Positions 14,530-27,222 of a stretch of DNA of 64,000 nt are shown here, in pieces. The position numbers were made by a program, and so were the translations under genes. This DNA is from the human T2T-CHM13v2.0 reference genome, Homo sapiens. Every line of letters begins with the position of its first letter. Positions within the stretch are counted from its first letter, which is position 1. The notes below the pieces were generated by a model that did no database searches, had not been told where the DNA came from, and saw nothing but the letters and a program-made list of their open reading frames with translations. The stretch lies in assembly GCF_009914755.1 (NCBI RefSeq), contig NC_060925.1. One strand, given 5' to 3'.

Positions 14530-15811
14530 TGAGTAGTCTTCATAAACTTTATGGAAAATGTGTATTATGAAAAAACCATGCACAGATTTCAAAAAATTTC
14601 TGCACCAAAATTAACTCATACTGATTTGTTATAACATGACTGTACAGGATCAAGTTTGAGGGACTAAGAAGGATAAGACATCAGTTTGGACAGAGCCCCT
14701 GTAAGAGCAACATGAATTCTAAAATTGAAGCAAGAACAAACATGAAATTCATGGTGAAGCTTGGGTGGAAGAATGATTAAATCACTGATGCTTTATGAAA
14801 AGTTATGGGAAGTATGCCCCAAATAAATCAGCAGTCTAAAAATGGATAACTTATTTTAAGAAGGGATGAGACAATGTGGAAGACGAAGCCAGCAGCGACA
14901 GACCATCCACATCAATTTGCAAGGGAAAAAATTAATCTTGTTTGTGCCCTAATTCAAAAGGACCAATGATTAACAGCAGAAACAACAGCCAACACCATAG
15001 ACATCTCATCTGGTTCAGCTTACAGAATTCTGACTGAAAAATTTAAGTTGAGCAAACTTTCCACTTGATGGGTGCCAAAACCATTGCACCCAGATCGGCT
15101 GCAGACAAGAGCAGAACTTTCAATGGAAATTTTAAACAAGTGGAATAAAGATCCTGAAGCATTTCTTTGAAGAATTGTAACAGGAGATGAAACATGGTTC
15201 TATTAGTATAATCCTGAAGATAAAGCAATGGGTATGAAGAAGTGGAAATGGTCCAGTCAAAGCAATATTGGACAGGTCAAGGGCAAAGGTCATGGCAACA
15301 GTTTTTTGGGTGCTCAAGGCATTTTGCTTATTGACTTTCTGGAGGGCAGGAGAATGATAACACCTGATTATAAGCACTTGGAGAAAGTTGGCCAAAGCTT
15401 TGGCAGAAAAACTTCTGGGAAAGCTTCACCAGAGAGTCCTCCTCCACCAAGATAATGCTCCTGCTAAATCCCTCTCATTAAACAGGGGTATTTCATGAGA
15501 GCTTTCATGAGAAATCATTAGGCATCCACCTTACAGTCCTGATTTGGCTCCTTCTGACTTATTTTTCCCCTAAACTTAAAAAAGCTTTTAAAGAGTATTA
15601 GTTTTTCTTCACTTAATAATGTAAAAAAAAGACTGCACTGATATAGGTAAATTACCAGGATGTTCAGCTCTTTAGGGATGAACTAACTAGCTGGTATCAT
15701 GGCTTACAAAAGTGTCTTGAACTTGACGGAGCTTATGTTGAGAAATAAAGTTTATATTTTCTGTTTTTATCTTTTAATACCATTTTCCATGAACTTTTTG
15801 AAGTCCCCTCA
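14530..15811 (+). mobile_element. Near full-length HSMAR2 mariner transposon (dead transposase)
   Basis: TIRs at 14530-14560 (degenerate) and 15781-15811 (cattttccatgaactttttgaagtcccctc). ATG at 14712 reads MNSKIEARTNMKFMVKLGWKN. Motifs WVPK (15069), TGDETW (D 15186), HQDNAPA (D 15451), YSPDLAPSD (15532-15558). Internal stops and frameshifts. Confidence 0.93.
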
Positions 15812-15851
15812 TATTTACTTTAAACAACAGCTGAACAAATTTCAAATATTG

Positions 15852-16240
15852 TATTATTATAGGTTGAAATGTGTCCCTCCAAAATTAGTATGTTTAAACC
15901 CTAACCCCAAGTACCTCAGAATGTGACTCTATTTGGAGATAAGGTCTTTAAAAAAGTAACTGCATTAAAATGAGATATCAGGATATGTCTTAACTCAGTC
16001 TGGTATCTTTACAAGAAGAGGAAATTTGGACACCCAAGTAGACACACTAAGGAAAAACCATATGAAGACACAGGGAAAAGACGGCCATCTGCAAGCCACG
16101 GACAGACACCTCAGAAGAAACTAACCCTGCCTGCACCTTGATCTTGGACTTTCGCCAGAAATATGAGAAAATGAATTTCTGTTGTTTAAACCACCCAGTC
16201 TGTGGTATTTTGTTACAGCAGCCCTAGCACATAAATACAT
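15852..16240 (+). mobile_element. MLT1 (MaLR) solo LTR
   Basis: ggttgaaatgtgtccctccaaaatt...cctcagaatgtgac...ccacccagtctgtggtattttgttacagcagccc. Confidence 0.85.
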
Positions 16241-18171
16241 TAATTTCCTATTTCAGCTTTAAACCAGTATCTTCATCTCTTCTTTTCCTCTAACCACATC
16301 TCTCAAAACATTTCTGTCAACTGACTGAATGTAAATTCCCATTTAGAAAAGATAGTCATATATATTTCTGTAAATCTCAGCTACTTTTATGGATCAACTC
16401 AATGAACAGCTATAGTGTCATTAACTGCAAACAACATATTTTTCTGACAAATGCACTAAACTTGAAACAAATCTTTATTTGAAAACCAATTTGCTTTCAG
16501 AAAATGTAGTATCCAGTGATCTTAAACAAGAGGATAAAGTTTCTGGGTTCAAGACATCAATTTCATCTCACTGAAAATATGCAACTTCAAGTCCGTATGG
16601 TGACAGCAACGTTGAAGCTCCCTAAATTCTTTCCACACTGATCTTTTATCAAATTTTAAATGCTATGAAATCACTCTACCATTTACTATCTTCCTAAAAG
16701 TGTCAATGAAAGAACAAAGAGATAATTTTCTGAAGGTTGTTAGAGTAAGTCACATTTGGTATTTCTGGTATGGCTGGAATGATTCCATGAGTGTATGCAT
16801 GAACACCAAGGTCTCTGAAGGTAAGAGATTCCACAGACCTTTTTTAGTAACAAGTCACGTGCTACTATCAGATATCTATATTCTTTCTTCTATTGTTCCT
16901 TCCAGGGGCTTAAGAAATAGACTGGAGAACTTGAAACTTTCTGGGACAGCTGATGTGGACAGTGATTGTGGTATCTTAATTGCCTTAACAACTGTGGTTA
17001 TTTCCACCACTTTGTGTTGGCATATAGGGTCCAAAATCCAGTGAACATAGATGTTTGCAGTAAAGAATTGCCAACACTATTGCATGTTTAGATTTCCCAG
17101 AGACAGTAATCTGGTGCTATAATTTTCACTTCTCTGAAACAACATGAGAAAGTAGTCAATCATAGGTGGAGATTCTGGTTTATTTAATCTCTACTAAATA
17201 CTGGCTTCACGCTTTGTGTATATGTAGGTGTGCATGTACTGGAAAAGCAGGAGTATAAAAGAGGATTTATTTCTAACAAAACTAATGGGTATGTGGCATA
17301 CATTATTTAGTTACTTTGTATGCTAAGCTGTGCCATACCAATGAATTCTTCTTGACATAAAACTAGAAACTAAAATAATTATATTTCATTTTTACAAAAC
17401 TACACAGTAATAATTGAAGTTCATGCTGTTAATCTTGTGCCTACATAAAATGTACCAAGGGGCCCAAGGTATATAACAAATTAATATACCACTATTGTAT
17501 CGTAATATTAGACCTGCCAAAATGAGTACTTTAACTATAAAAGACATTAAATGTTTAATTAATACATCTGCTTTCCTTGTTGGAATTCTGAGGGGTTTGT
17601 TAACACATGATATGGATGATTTGCATTACTTTAAAAAGTAATCCCCAGAAACTGGAACTTGTATTTTCTTTTCTGTGATAAATTTTCTCATTCAAAAATA
17701 ACTTCATAAGCACTCATCCTATTGACTGTAGGTTTATGCCCAGGTGATGTTATTCACAAACATCCATAGATACGATACATTATTTGAAGATCTCAGTTAT
17801 ACCTGGAGAGGATTCACCTATAAATTACAACAAAAGGGCTCTCATTAGTGAAACACTGGGAGCCTTTTTAAAAGGCATGAGAGGGTAACAAAAAGATTTT
17901 GCACCTAGTAGTGTTAAAGGACAAGTTGCATTTATTATAACTATCAGAACTTCACTAAGAGCCTAGTGAAACAATCTACTTTCTCCCTTCTTCAGCTGAT
18001 TTTATAGGCTCTGTCCAACATCAGCAGTGTGGCAGCCATTAATCACTATTTCTCTTAGAAATATTCAAGAACATGAGCAAAAGTTGAATAAGTATGCAGA
18101 CTGGGGAGAAATGACATAAAGGCAATTTCCAACTTACAAGCTAATTTTGTTATAAAAGCCTATATATGTAA

Positions 18172-18463
18172 GGCTGGGCACAGTGGCTCACGCCTATAAT
18201 TCCAACAATGTAGGAGGCCAAGTTGGGCAGATCACTTGAGGCCAGGAGTTCAAGACTAGCCTGAGTAACATAGAGAGACTCCATCTCTACAAAAAAATTT
18301 AAAAATTACCCAGGTATGGTAGCATGTGCCTGTGATCCCAGCTACTTGAGAGGCTGAGGTGGAAGGTTGAGGGTGAAGTGAGCTGTGATTGCGCCACTGC
18401 ACTCCCCTGGGTGACAGAGAGAGACCCTGGCTCAAAAATTTAAAAAAGAAAAGAAAAGAAAAA
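18172..18463 (+). mobile_element. AluJ element
   Basis: Alu dimer with shortened right arm and (GAAAA)n tail. Confidence 0.9.
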
Positions 18464-19055
18464 TGCAGCCTACATATAAACTGGAAAAAACTTGGGACCT
18501 GTTTCAATAGATACACACACATACACAGAAAGGCTATATAATGTAGGTAGGTTACTAGGCAGTAACATTAAGGTCTATTAAACCAGAAATAAATAAAAAA
18601 TATAACATTAAAGCTTCTAACAAGTATCTATTATTTTTATAGAGAAATTCCTATTATATTTCTGTAAAGATGACGTGACCAAGACCCTCTCTCTCTCTCT
18701 GTCCAGGTTCTAGCACTGACAGCCACAGCCACTCTCTTAATACCACACCAGATGAATGCTGGAGAGACCCAGTGATAGGGAACATTTGGGTTGGGGGATG
18801 AACTTGTGGTGAGAAGGAAAGATAGGGGCTTTAAAAGCTGAGGAGGAAGAGGTAGAAGGTCAATTTGAGGCATAGGGGCAGGCAGCAATTTCTATGTTCT
18901 GCAAGGAAGCTATTGGAGAAAAGAACCTGTATTTATCCAGAGCTACTATGCCCAGGTGCTGTACTAATTAAGTGAATGCAGGAAACCAACTGGAATTTTA
19001 TGAAGGACACAGAAGATGCAAGCTATGTTTTGAAGCTCTGGCTCCAAAAAGGACG

Positions 19056-19057
<2 letters not shown>

Positions 19058-19102
<45 letters not shown>
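19058..19102. repeat. (CA)n microsatellite
   Basis: About 22 uninterrupted AC units. Confidence 0.97.
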
Positions 19103-19104
<2 letters not shown>

Positions 19105-19695
19105 TTCAGAAACCAATTGGATATCCAAGGCTCCCCTTGCAGGTTTGTACTGGGCAGCTAAACATCAGAACAGGAACAGGCAAAGAAATCACAAGTAGTA
19201 CTTCCTGTTAGCCTGGTAAACTCTCAAACAGGACTTTAAATGATCTGAAATACTCTATTCCCTAAAAAGAAAAAAGAAGTATGTTTTTTGAGCATCTCTT
19301 CAATGTGTCTTTAAACTGACAAAATATTCACATTGAAAATAATCTTATAGATCTAGTCCAATCCCCTCATTTTAAGATGAAGAAAACACTGAGCCCCTAA
19401 ATATTCATACTAAAGTCATACTAAAGCATCACAATATCAACCACCACCCAATTAATTTTAATCCAATCCTAACTGCAGCTTCTATAACAGGTCCTTTACT
19501 CTTAAAATCTGGGTCAGGCAACCTCTGAAATACTTCTACCACCTCTGAAACACAACCCGCATCACATGAAAATGTAAATCGCCTGCTTATTTATCTGTCT
19601 CTTCTACTAAACTGTAAGCAACCGTTTGAAGACAGGGACTTTATCTTAGCTATCTCTGCAAGGCTAGCTGTTGGCACAATACTTACCATAAACTA

Positions 19696-20026
19696 CAGTC
19701 ATGTGTCACTTAATGACAGGGGTCTCTTCTGAGAAATGCATGTTAGTTGATTGTGTCATTGTCAAACATCATGGAGAGTACTTACATACAAGCCTAGATG
19801 GTGTAACCTACAACACACCTAGGCCATATGGGATGGCCTACTGCCCTAGGCTACAGCCCTGTACACGTTACAGTGCTGAATACGGTAGGCAACTGCAACA
19901 CAATGGTAAGTATTTGTGTATCTAAATGTAGAAAAAGTACAGTAGAAATACGCTATTATAATCTTATGGAACCACTGTGGTATATGCGGTGTGTTGACTG
20001 AAGCATCATTATGTTGTGCATGACTT
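19696..20026. mobile_element. Tigger3-family non-autonomous DNA transposon
   Basis: TIR-like ends ta|cagtcatgtgtcacttaatgac and catcattatgttgtgcatgact. Confidence 0.8.
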
Positions 20027-21562
20027 ACAGAAAAGCACTAAATATTTGGTGAGTAAAGACAAGAAAATATTCACAGGAGGTTCTTTGGTGTTTTGGCCAC
20101 TGGTGCCAAACACCAAGCACCAGCCTCTGCTGACTCCTGAACCATACATACCAGGCACCAGCCTCTGCTGACTCCTGAACCATGCATGCACAGGGAAGCC
20201 TCCAAGCTCCCTAGTGAAGTCTAAAAGGCATTGTCAAAAGGTAATGAAATTACACGTTCTCTAAAAAGAGGTCTGAATTTGTTACTGAGAATTGGGACAA
20301 AAGAGAAGGGGAACAGCCATGAATTATGTTTTGGCTGCACTGAACTAACCATAACATTCACTGGTAATTCACACTGTTTAAATAAGCTCTCTCACACAAG
20401 CTCTTTAGAAGGTTGCACAAACGTGAATCTGTGAGATACTTCCTTGCATGAATACAAAACACTGCTGTGCCACATGAAGAAAAGGTGTACATCTGGCATG
20501 CAATAATGCATAATTAAGAACAAATACTCAGTTTCACTTACAATCATGGTCAAGCAGCTCCGATTGGATTAACCCTCCTCCATATAACTGTAACCTCAGG
20601 AGAAAGACATGAAAACAATCTAAAGGTTCTGGGAAGCAACTGAAAACAGGCAGGTACTAAAGAGGAGGTGGGCACTAGGAATAAGGAATGGCACCAAATG
20701 AATTTCTCATTTTTACGGCTTTTTGCCTGAAGGTGGGCCCCAGCTTATGCCATTTAGGGTAAAAATCTTAAATTAGAAACCCACAGTTCTACTGCCATGA
20801 ACAATCAGAGGACAGAGCTTGAACAAGTACAGCAGCTTTTAAGTGAAGGAGGTGAAATTCCAGAAAAGAGGCAGCCAAAGAGAAGAAGCCCTAAAATCTC
20901 AGTATAAAGTCTGCCCAGATCTCTGACTCTTGAACCACACATGCACAGGGCAGGCTCCAAGCCTCCTAGTGAAGTCTAAATAAACCAGCCTGGAATCTTA
21001 ACCCACTGGAAAAAAGAAAGCGTTTGCAGTTTGAGTTCATCCATGATGACTGGCCTAAGAAAATAAAAAATTCAGTATTCTTTGCTGCAACCTAACCGAA
21101 TTCAGAGGCACAAAATACCAGTCACAATGCCCAGGATATATTCCAAAATGACTCAGCATTAAAAAAACAAAGGAAACAGAACCCATACACTAGAAAAAGA
21201 CATCAAAGGAAACTGATGCTCTGATGATCTCATGTTGAAATTAGTAGACAAAGACTTTAAAGCAACTTTATAATTATCTTCAATGACGTAAAGTAAAATA
21301 TGTTCATGAGTAAAAAAGTTGAAAATCTCAGCAGAGACACAGAAACTATTAGGAAAAGGACCAAATGGAAAAACCTAAAATAAAAAAAAATAAAATATCT
21401 GAAATAAGAAATTCTCTCTATGGGCTTGGAGCACATTGGAGATTATGTAAGAGTCAGTAAACTTGATATACCAGCAGAGATTATTATCCAATTTGAATAG
21501 CACAGGAAAACAATGTGAAAAAACAAGCAGAACTTCATACCTGTTGGACAACTTCCAAAAGT

Positions 21563-21572
21563 AAGAAAGAAA

Positions 21573-21616
<44 letters not shown>

Positions 21617-22028
21617 GAGAGGGAGAGGGAGGGAGGGAGGGAGGGAGGGGGAGGAGGGGAGGGGAGGGGAGAAGGTGAAGAGGGGAAGGAGAGGAGGGGG
21701 AGGTGGAGGAGGGGGAGGAGGAGGAGGAGGAGAAGGGGGAGGAGAAGGGGAAGGAGCAGAAAGGGGAGGAGAAGGGGAGGAGGAGGGGGAGGAGGAGGAG
21801 AAGGGGAGGAGGAGGGGGAGGAGGGGGAGGGGGAGGGGGAGGGGGGGAGGGGGGGAGGGGGGGAGGGGGGAGGGGGAGGGGAGGGGGAGGGGGGGAGGGG
21901 GAGGGGAGGGGGAGGGGGGGAGGAGGGGGAGGAGGAGGAGGAGGGGAGGAGGAGGAGGGGGAGGAGGAGGAGGAGGGGAGGAGGAGGAGGGGGAGGAGGA
22001 GGAGGGGGAGGAGGAGGAGGAGGAGAGA
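21563..22028. repeat. 466-nt polypurine/polypyrimidine compound repeat: (GAAA)n, (GGGA)n, (GGA)n, (GGGGGA)n
   Basis: Only three pyrimidines on the plus strand (21676, 21704, 21757). Confidence 0.97.
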
Positions 22029-22191
22029 TAGATAATAAGACAGAAAATATATTTCAAGAAATAATGGCTAAAAGTTTTCCAAAGTTAAAGAAGGATATGC
22101 AAGAGATTCAAAAAGCTCAGGCAACTCCAAGCAGAATAAATAGAAAACCTCACCTAAACACATTATAGTCAAAAGGCTTAAAACCAGAGTC

Positions 22192-22757
22192 TGTCACGGT
22201 TCCATGAGAGAAGCAGAACTACTCTGTGTGTGTGTAAAGAGATTACAGGTAACTGAATTTCCCTGATTGTGGGAGCTAGTTATGTTGTCTCTGTAAGGCT
22301 GTTGTCTCCAAGTTCACTGCTGAGGCTTCATGTCCATAGGACAGTAAGTTGAGAAGCGAAGATGCAAGCAAAGCCAGGAGAGGAAAGATGAAATGGAATC
22401 TAGAAGCACAAGCTGGAGCCCAGGAGGATAGACTGAAACCCGTGTTAATTCGTACCGCCTGACCTTGCTGGTGTGGATATCCTGCAAAAGCTGGGACTTT
22501 CATCATGGAGCTAAACACACACTCCAGCCCAGAAGTAGGCTCAAGGGCTAACAGGATGCAGGAGGAGGTGGAGCTGATGCAGGCCTGACCACTGCCACGT
22601 ACCAATAAGATGGTCTAGCAGACAACATGAATGAGCTACAAAATGGCTGTTCCGTCACGTCTATCCTCCAAATCTCCCACGAGAATCTTAAATAGCAAAA
22701 GGAATCCTGGGAAAGGTGGCTCAGTCTAGTCAACTGACATATTACAAAGCCATCACA
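22192..22757 (-). mobile_element. ERVL-class solo LTR (MLT2-like terminus)
   Basis: Minus strand begins TGTGATGGCTTTGTAATATGTCAGTTGACTAGAC; interrupts the L1 remnant. Confidence 0.6.
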
Positions 22758-22953
22758 CAAACAAAAATATCTTGAAAACAGCCAGTGAAATATACCACAT
22801 GACTTGCAAGGAAGAAATATTTAAATATGTACTCACTAAACTATCAACCCACAATTTTATATTCAGTAAAAATATCCTTTAAGAATGAAGGCAAAATAAA
22901 GACATCATCCCATAAAAGAAAACAAATTTTTTGCCAGCTGCACTACAAAAAAT

Positions 22954-22990
<37 letters not shown>

Positions 22991-23904
22991 AGACTGAACA
23001 GGAATTATTCCAGACGAAAACATGGATCTTTAAGAAAAAAAAATGAAGAAATGAAAGTGTTCTCAAATTAGACAGCGGTGATGGTTGCATAAGTCTGTCA
23101 AGACCCTAAAAACCATGGAAGTGTATACTTTAAAGGGTGAATTATCTCAATAAAAAATTAACAAAAGAATAACACTGGAAACAGCAAATACGTAAGAAAA
23201 TAATAAATACTAAGAGTCCTAACTTAGAATCTGGGACAGATATGAAGATTAATCTTCAAACAGAAACACAGATGTTTAATGAATAAACCGAAACACTTAA
23301 AATTAATATAGTAAGGTCTGGAAGATTCACTTAGGCCCTTTCAGAGGAGACATTATTTCACTGAGGCCTCTCTGTGCCTTGCACATGATAGATAAAAATA
23401 TTACTTATGTAATCAGTTGCCATCCTATTGAAATGAGTATCAACCAAGTGACCAAAATAAACTATAAAGTACCTAAATTACTCTCTAGAGGCAAGATTTT
23501 TTCTTCTTTTCTGAAGGAAATCTCTGAAAGATAAGTAGGAATGCAATAAGTATTAAGATCCATTTCAAAATAATCCAAACATTCTAAATCAATCTTCCTA
23601 GAATACCTCTTAAATCTTTTCTAAGTTGTGCTTTATATAATACTTATATAATTATGTTTTATAATCATTATAATTTTTTCTTTCGAGGAACAAGGCTTTA
23701 GCAGTCAGCATAAAATTGGGCTTTGGGATTTTCAACCTCAGCTGGGCCCTCCAGCAATCGGTACCTCTTTATAGGTCCCTACTTGGGTTTCTCTCTAGCT
23801 CCCTCTGAGCCTATCCCTACATGTGACAGTCACTGTCTTAAAACTTCTAATATCAACCATAAAACATTCTTCTCACTCTTAATAAGAAGGCAGAACTTCT
23901 GCCA

Positions 23905-24039
23905 TAAAGATGGTGGGACTTATACCTGTAGGCCCAGCTATTCGGGAGGATCCCTTAAGGCCAGGAATTCGAGGCTGCAGCGAGCTGTGATCGTGCCACT
24001 GCACTCCAACCTGGGCATTACAGCAAGACTCCATCTCTT

Positions 24040-24110
<71 letters not shown>
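23905..24110 (+). mobile_element. Alu monomer (FLAM-like) with (CA)n(GA)n tail
   Basis: cctgtaggcccagctattcgggagg...gcactccaacctggg, then CA run 24043-24090 and GA run to 24110. Confidence 0.8.
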
Positions 24111-24111
<1 letters not shown>

Positions 24112-24472
24112 ATTTGAGGCCTTCAGTCAGAAACTACCATAACTTTCTGCCTAAATACCATAACTTTCTGCCTAAATGCTTATAAACACATCTGCTCTGG
24201 TGGGCGTCTTACTTCTTTCCAATTGATGTCACTACAAGGGTATCCCACCTCCTTTCTATAGGTTAGCTATGCTTCAGAGATCTTACATTTTTTTCTGTAT
24301 TTACTCACTTTACATCTTACTATCTGTATGTTTTTATCTTAAATATTACTTGTTTCTATGTAGCTCCAATTTCACACTCCCTTTTGGATCATTCCTGAGT
24401 GTATGAAATAAATATCACCCATTCTACATGCTCCCTTTAGCTACTGCTCCTTTCTTAACTCTTCAATTTTCT

Positions 24473-26989
24473 CTATTTTTTAAATTTTAGGTTGAGTGGC
24501 ACACACGTAGGTTTGTTATATAGGAAAACTGCATATCATGGGGGGGTTTGGTGTACATGTCATTCCATCACCCAGATAATAAGCACAGTACCTGGTAGGT
24601 CGTTTTTTGATCTTCACCTTCCTCCTGCCCTCCACCCTCAAGTAGGCCTTGGTGTCTGCTCTTCCTCTCTTTGTGTTGATACGTACTCAATGTTTAGCTC
24701 CCACTTGTAAGTGAGAATATGCGGGATTTTGTTTTCTGTTCCTGTGTTAGTTTGCTTAGGCTTATGGCCTCCAGCTCCATCCATTTTGCTGCAAAGGACA
24801 TGATCTTGTTCTTTTTGATGACTGCATAGTATTCCATGGTGTATCTGTACTACATTCTTTATCCAATCTGTAATTGATGGGCATTTAGGTTGATCCCATG
24901 TCTTTGCTATTATGAACAGTGTTGTAATGAACATATGTGTGCATGTGTCTTTATGGCAGAAGAATTTACATTCCAATAATGGGACTGCTGAGTCAAATGG
25001 TAATTCTGCTTTGAGTTGAGATATTGCCAAACTGCTTTCCACAGTGGATGAGCTAATTTGCATTTGCACCAGCAGTGTATAAGTGTTCCCATTTCTCACA
25101 ATCTTGCTAGCATCTGTTATTTTTTGACTTTGTAATGAGGGCCATTCTGACTGGTGTGAGATGGTATCTCACAGTGGTTTTAATTTACATTTCTCTAATG
25201 ATTAGTGATGTTAGGCATTTTTTCATATGCCTGTTGGCCACATGTATGTCTTCTTTTGGGAAGTGTCTGTCCATGTCCCTTGCCCACTTTGTAATGGAGC
25301 TTTTTTTTTTTTTTTTGTAAATTTGTTTAAATTCCTTATAGATTCTGAATATTAGACCTTTGTCAGATGCATAGTTTGCAAATATTTTCTCCCATTCTGC
25401 AGAGGTCTGTTTACTCTGCTGATAGTCTCTTTTGCTGTGCAGAAGCTCTTTAATTAGGTCAAGTTTTGTTTTTGTTGCAATGGCTTTTGGAGTCTTTGTC
25501 ATGAAGTCTTTGCCAAGGTCTATGTCCAGAATGGTATTTCCTAGGTTATCTTATATGGCATTTTTTATAATTTTAGGTTTTACATTTAAGTCTTTAATCT
25601 ATCTCGAGTTGATTTTTGTATATGGTGTAAGAAAGGGGTCCAGTTTCCACCTTCTCTGCATATGGCTAGCCAGTTATCGCAATATCATTTATTGAAGAGG
25701 GAGTCCTTTCCCTATTGCTTCTTACTGTTGACTTTGTCAGAGATCAGATGTCTGTAACTGTGTGACATTTCTGGGCTATTTATTCTGTCCCATTGGTCTA
25801 TGTGTCTGTTTTTGTACCATTACCATGCTGTTTTGGTTACTATAGCCTGCAGTATAGTTCAAAGTTGCGTAATGTAATGTCTCTGGCTTTGTTCTTTTTG
25901 CTTAGTATTGCCTTGGCTATTCGGGTTCTTTTTCGGGTCCACATGGATTTAAAAATAGTTTGGTTTTTTTTTCTAATTTTGTGAAGACTGTCCTTGGTAG
26001 TTTGAATAAGAATAGCACTGAATCTGTAAACTGCTGTGGGCAGTATGGCCATTTCAACAATATTGATTCTTCCCAACCATGAGCATGGAATGTTTTTCCA
26101 TTTGTTTGTGTCATCTCTGATTTCTCTGACCAGTGTTATGTAGTTCTCATTGTAAAGATCTTTCACTTCCCTGGTTAGCTGTATTCCTAGGTATTTTATT
26201 CTTTTTGTGGCTATTGTGAATAGGATTGCATTCTTGATTTTGCTCTCAGCTTAGATGTTGTTGTTGCATAGGAATCCTGATTTTTGTACATTGATTTTGT
26301 ATCCTGAGATATTGCTTATGTTAATTTGTCAATTTTTGTTAGGTTGTTTATTGGATTGTAGAGCTTTTGGGCAGAGAAAATCGGGTTGTTTAGGTATATA
26401 GAACCATACTGTCTGCAAACATGGATGGTTTAACTTCAGCAAATTTTTAAAAACCTGAAATCATACCAACCACACTCTCAGACCACAGCACAATAAAAAC
26501 AGAAATCAATACTAAGAAACTCTCTCAAAACCATATAATTACATGGACATTAAACAACGTGTTCCTGAATTACTTTTAGGTAAATAATGAAATTAAGGTA
26601 GAAACCAAGAAATTCTTTGAAACAAATGAGAACAAAGATACAACATACCAGAATCTCTGGGACACAGCTAAGGCAGTGTTAAGAAGGAAGTTTATAGCAC
26701 TAAACGCCCACATAAAAAGTTAGAAAGATCTCAAATTAACAATGTAACATCACAACTAGAAGAGCTAGAGAAACAAGAGCAAAGCAACCCCAAAGCTAGC
26801 AGAAGGCAAGAAATAACCAAAATCAGAGCGGAATTGAAGGAAATTGAAATGCAGAAAAAGTACAAAAGATGAACAAATCCAGGAGTTGGTTTTTTGAAAG
26901 AATTAACAAAATAGACTGCTAGCTAGAATAACTGAAAAAGAGAGATGATCCAAATAAACACAATCAGAAATGACAAAGGGGTCATTACT
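24473..26989 (-). mobile_element. 5'-inverted (twin-primed) L1, older L1PA/L1PB type
   Basis: Antisense 3' portion about 24473-26437, sense ORF2 portion about 26438-26989. 15-bp TSD ACTCTTCAATTTTCT at 24458-24472 and 26990-27004. Confidence 0.9.
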
Positions 26990-27222
26990 ACTCTTCAATT
27001 TTCTTGAGTAGCCTAAGCTTGGTGTTCTATTTCTTTTAACTTACACTTGAATTGAAAATAAAAAAAGAACTAGTTTAAGCATTAAGAGTAGAAAATAAGA
27101 TAACCAAATCTAATGGATGTTAACATTGTACTATATGTATTTTCAAACATCTGTTTTTTTCAGATGTAAAATAGTTACTGCTAAATACCTACCTTCTTCC
27201 TACTCATTGATGTTCAACCATT

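Larger units (their letters stand above)
20530..23230 (+). mobile_element. Old L1M 5' region/ORF1 remnant, interrupted by a purine tract and an LTR
   Basis: Residual ORF1p-like peptide NIFQEIMAKSFPKLKKDMQEIQKAQATPSRIN at about 22045-22145. Confidence 0.7.

Noticed and set aside
15043-15455. ORFs in the mariner region as a SETMAR-like domesticated gene
   Set aside because: The transposase frame is broken by stops and frameshifts.
16700-17044. 114-aa ORF in unique sequence
   Set aside because: Non-ATG start, no homology recognised, no splice or promoter support.
20113-20188. Direct repeats as a CRISPR-like array
   Set aside because: Only two adjacent copies, no spacers, eukaryotic intron.
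21443-22168. Long Gly/Glu/Arg- or Pro-rich ORFs resembling RPGR ORF15
   Set aside because: A tract without T cannot contain stops, so open frames are expected. The flanks are L1 ORF1 relic.
24638-26166. ORFs with ORF2p-like peptides
   Set aside because: Frameshifted fragments of a dead L1, not a gene.
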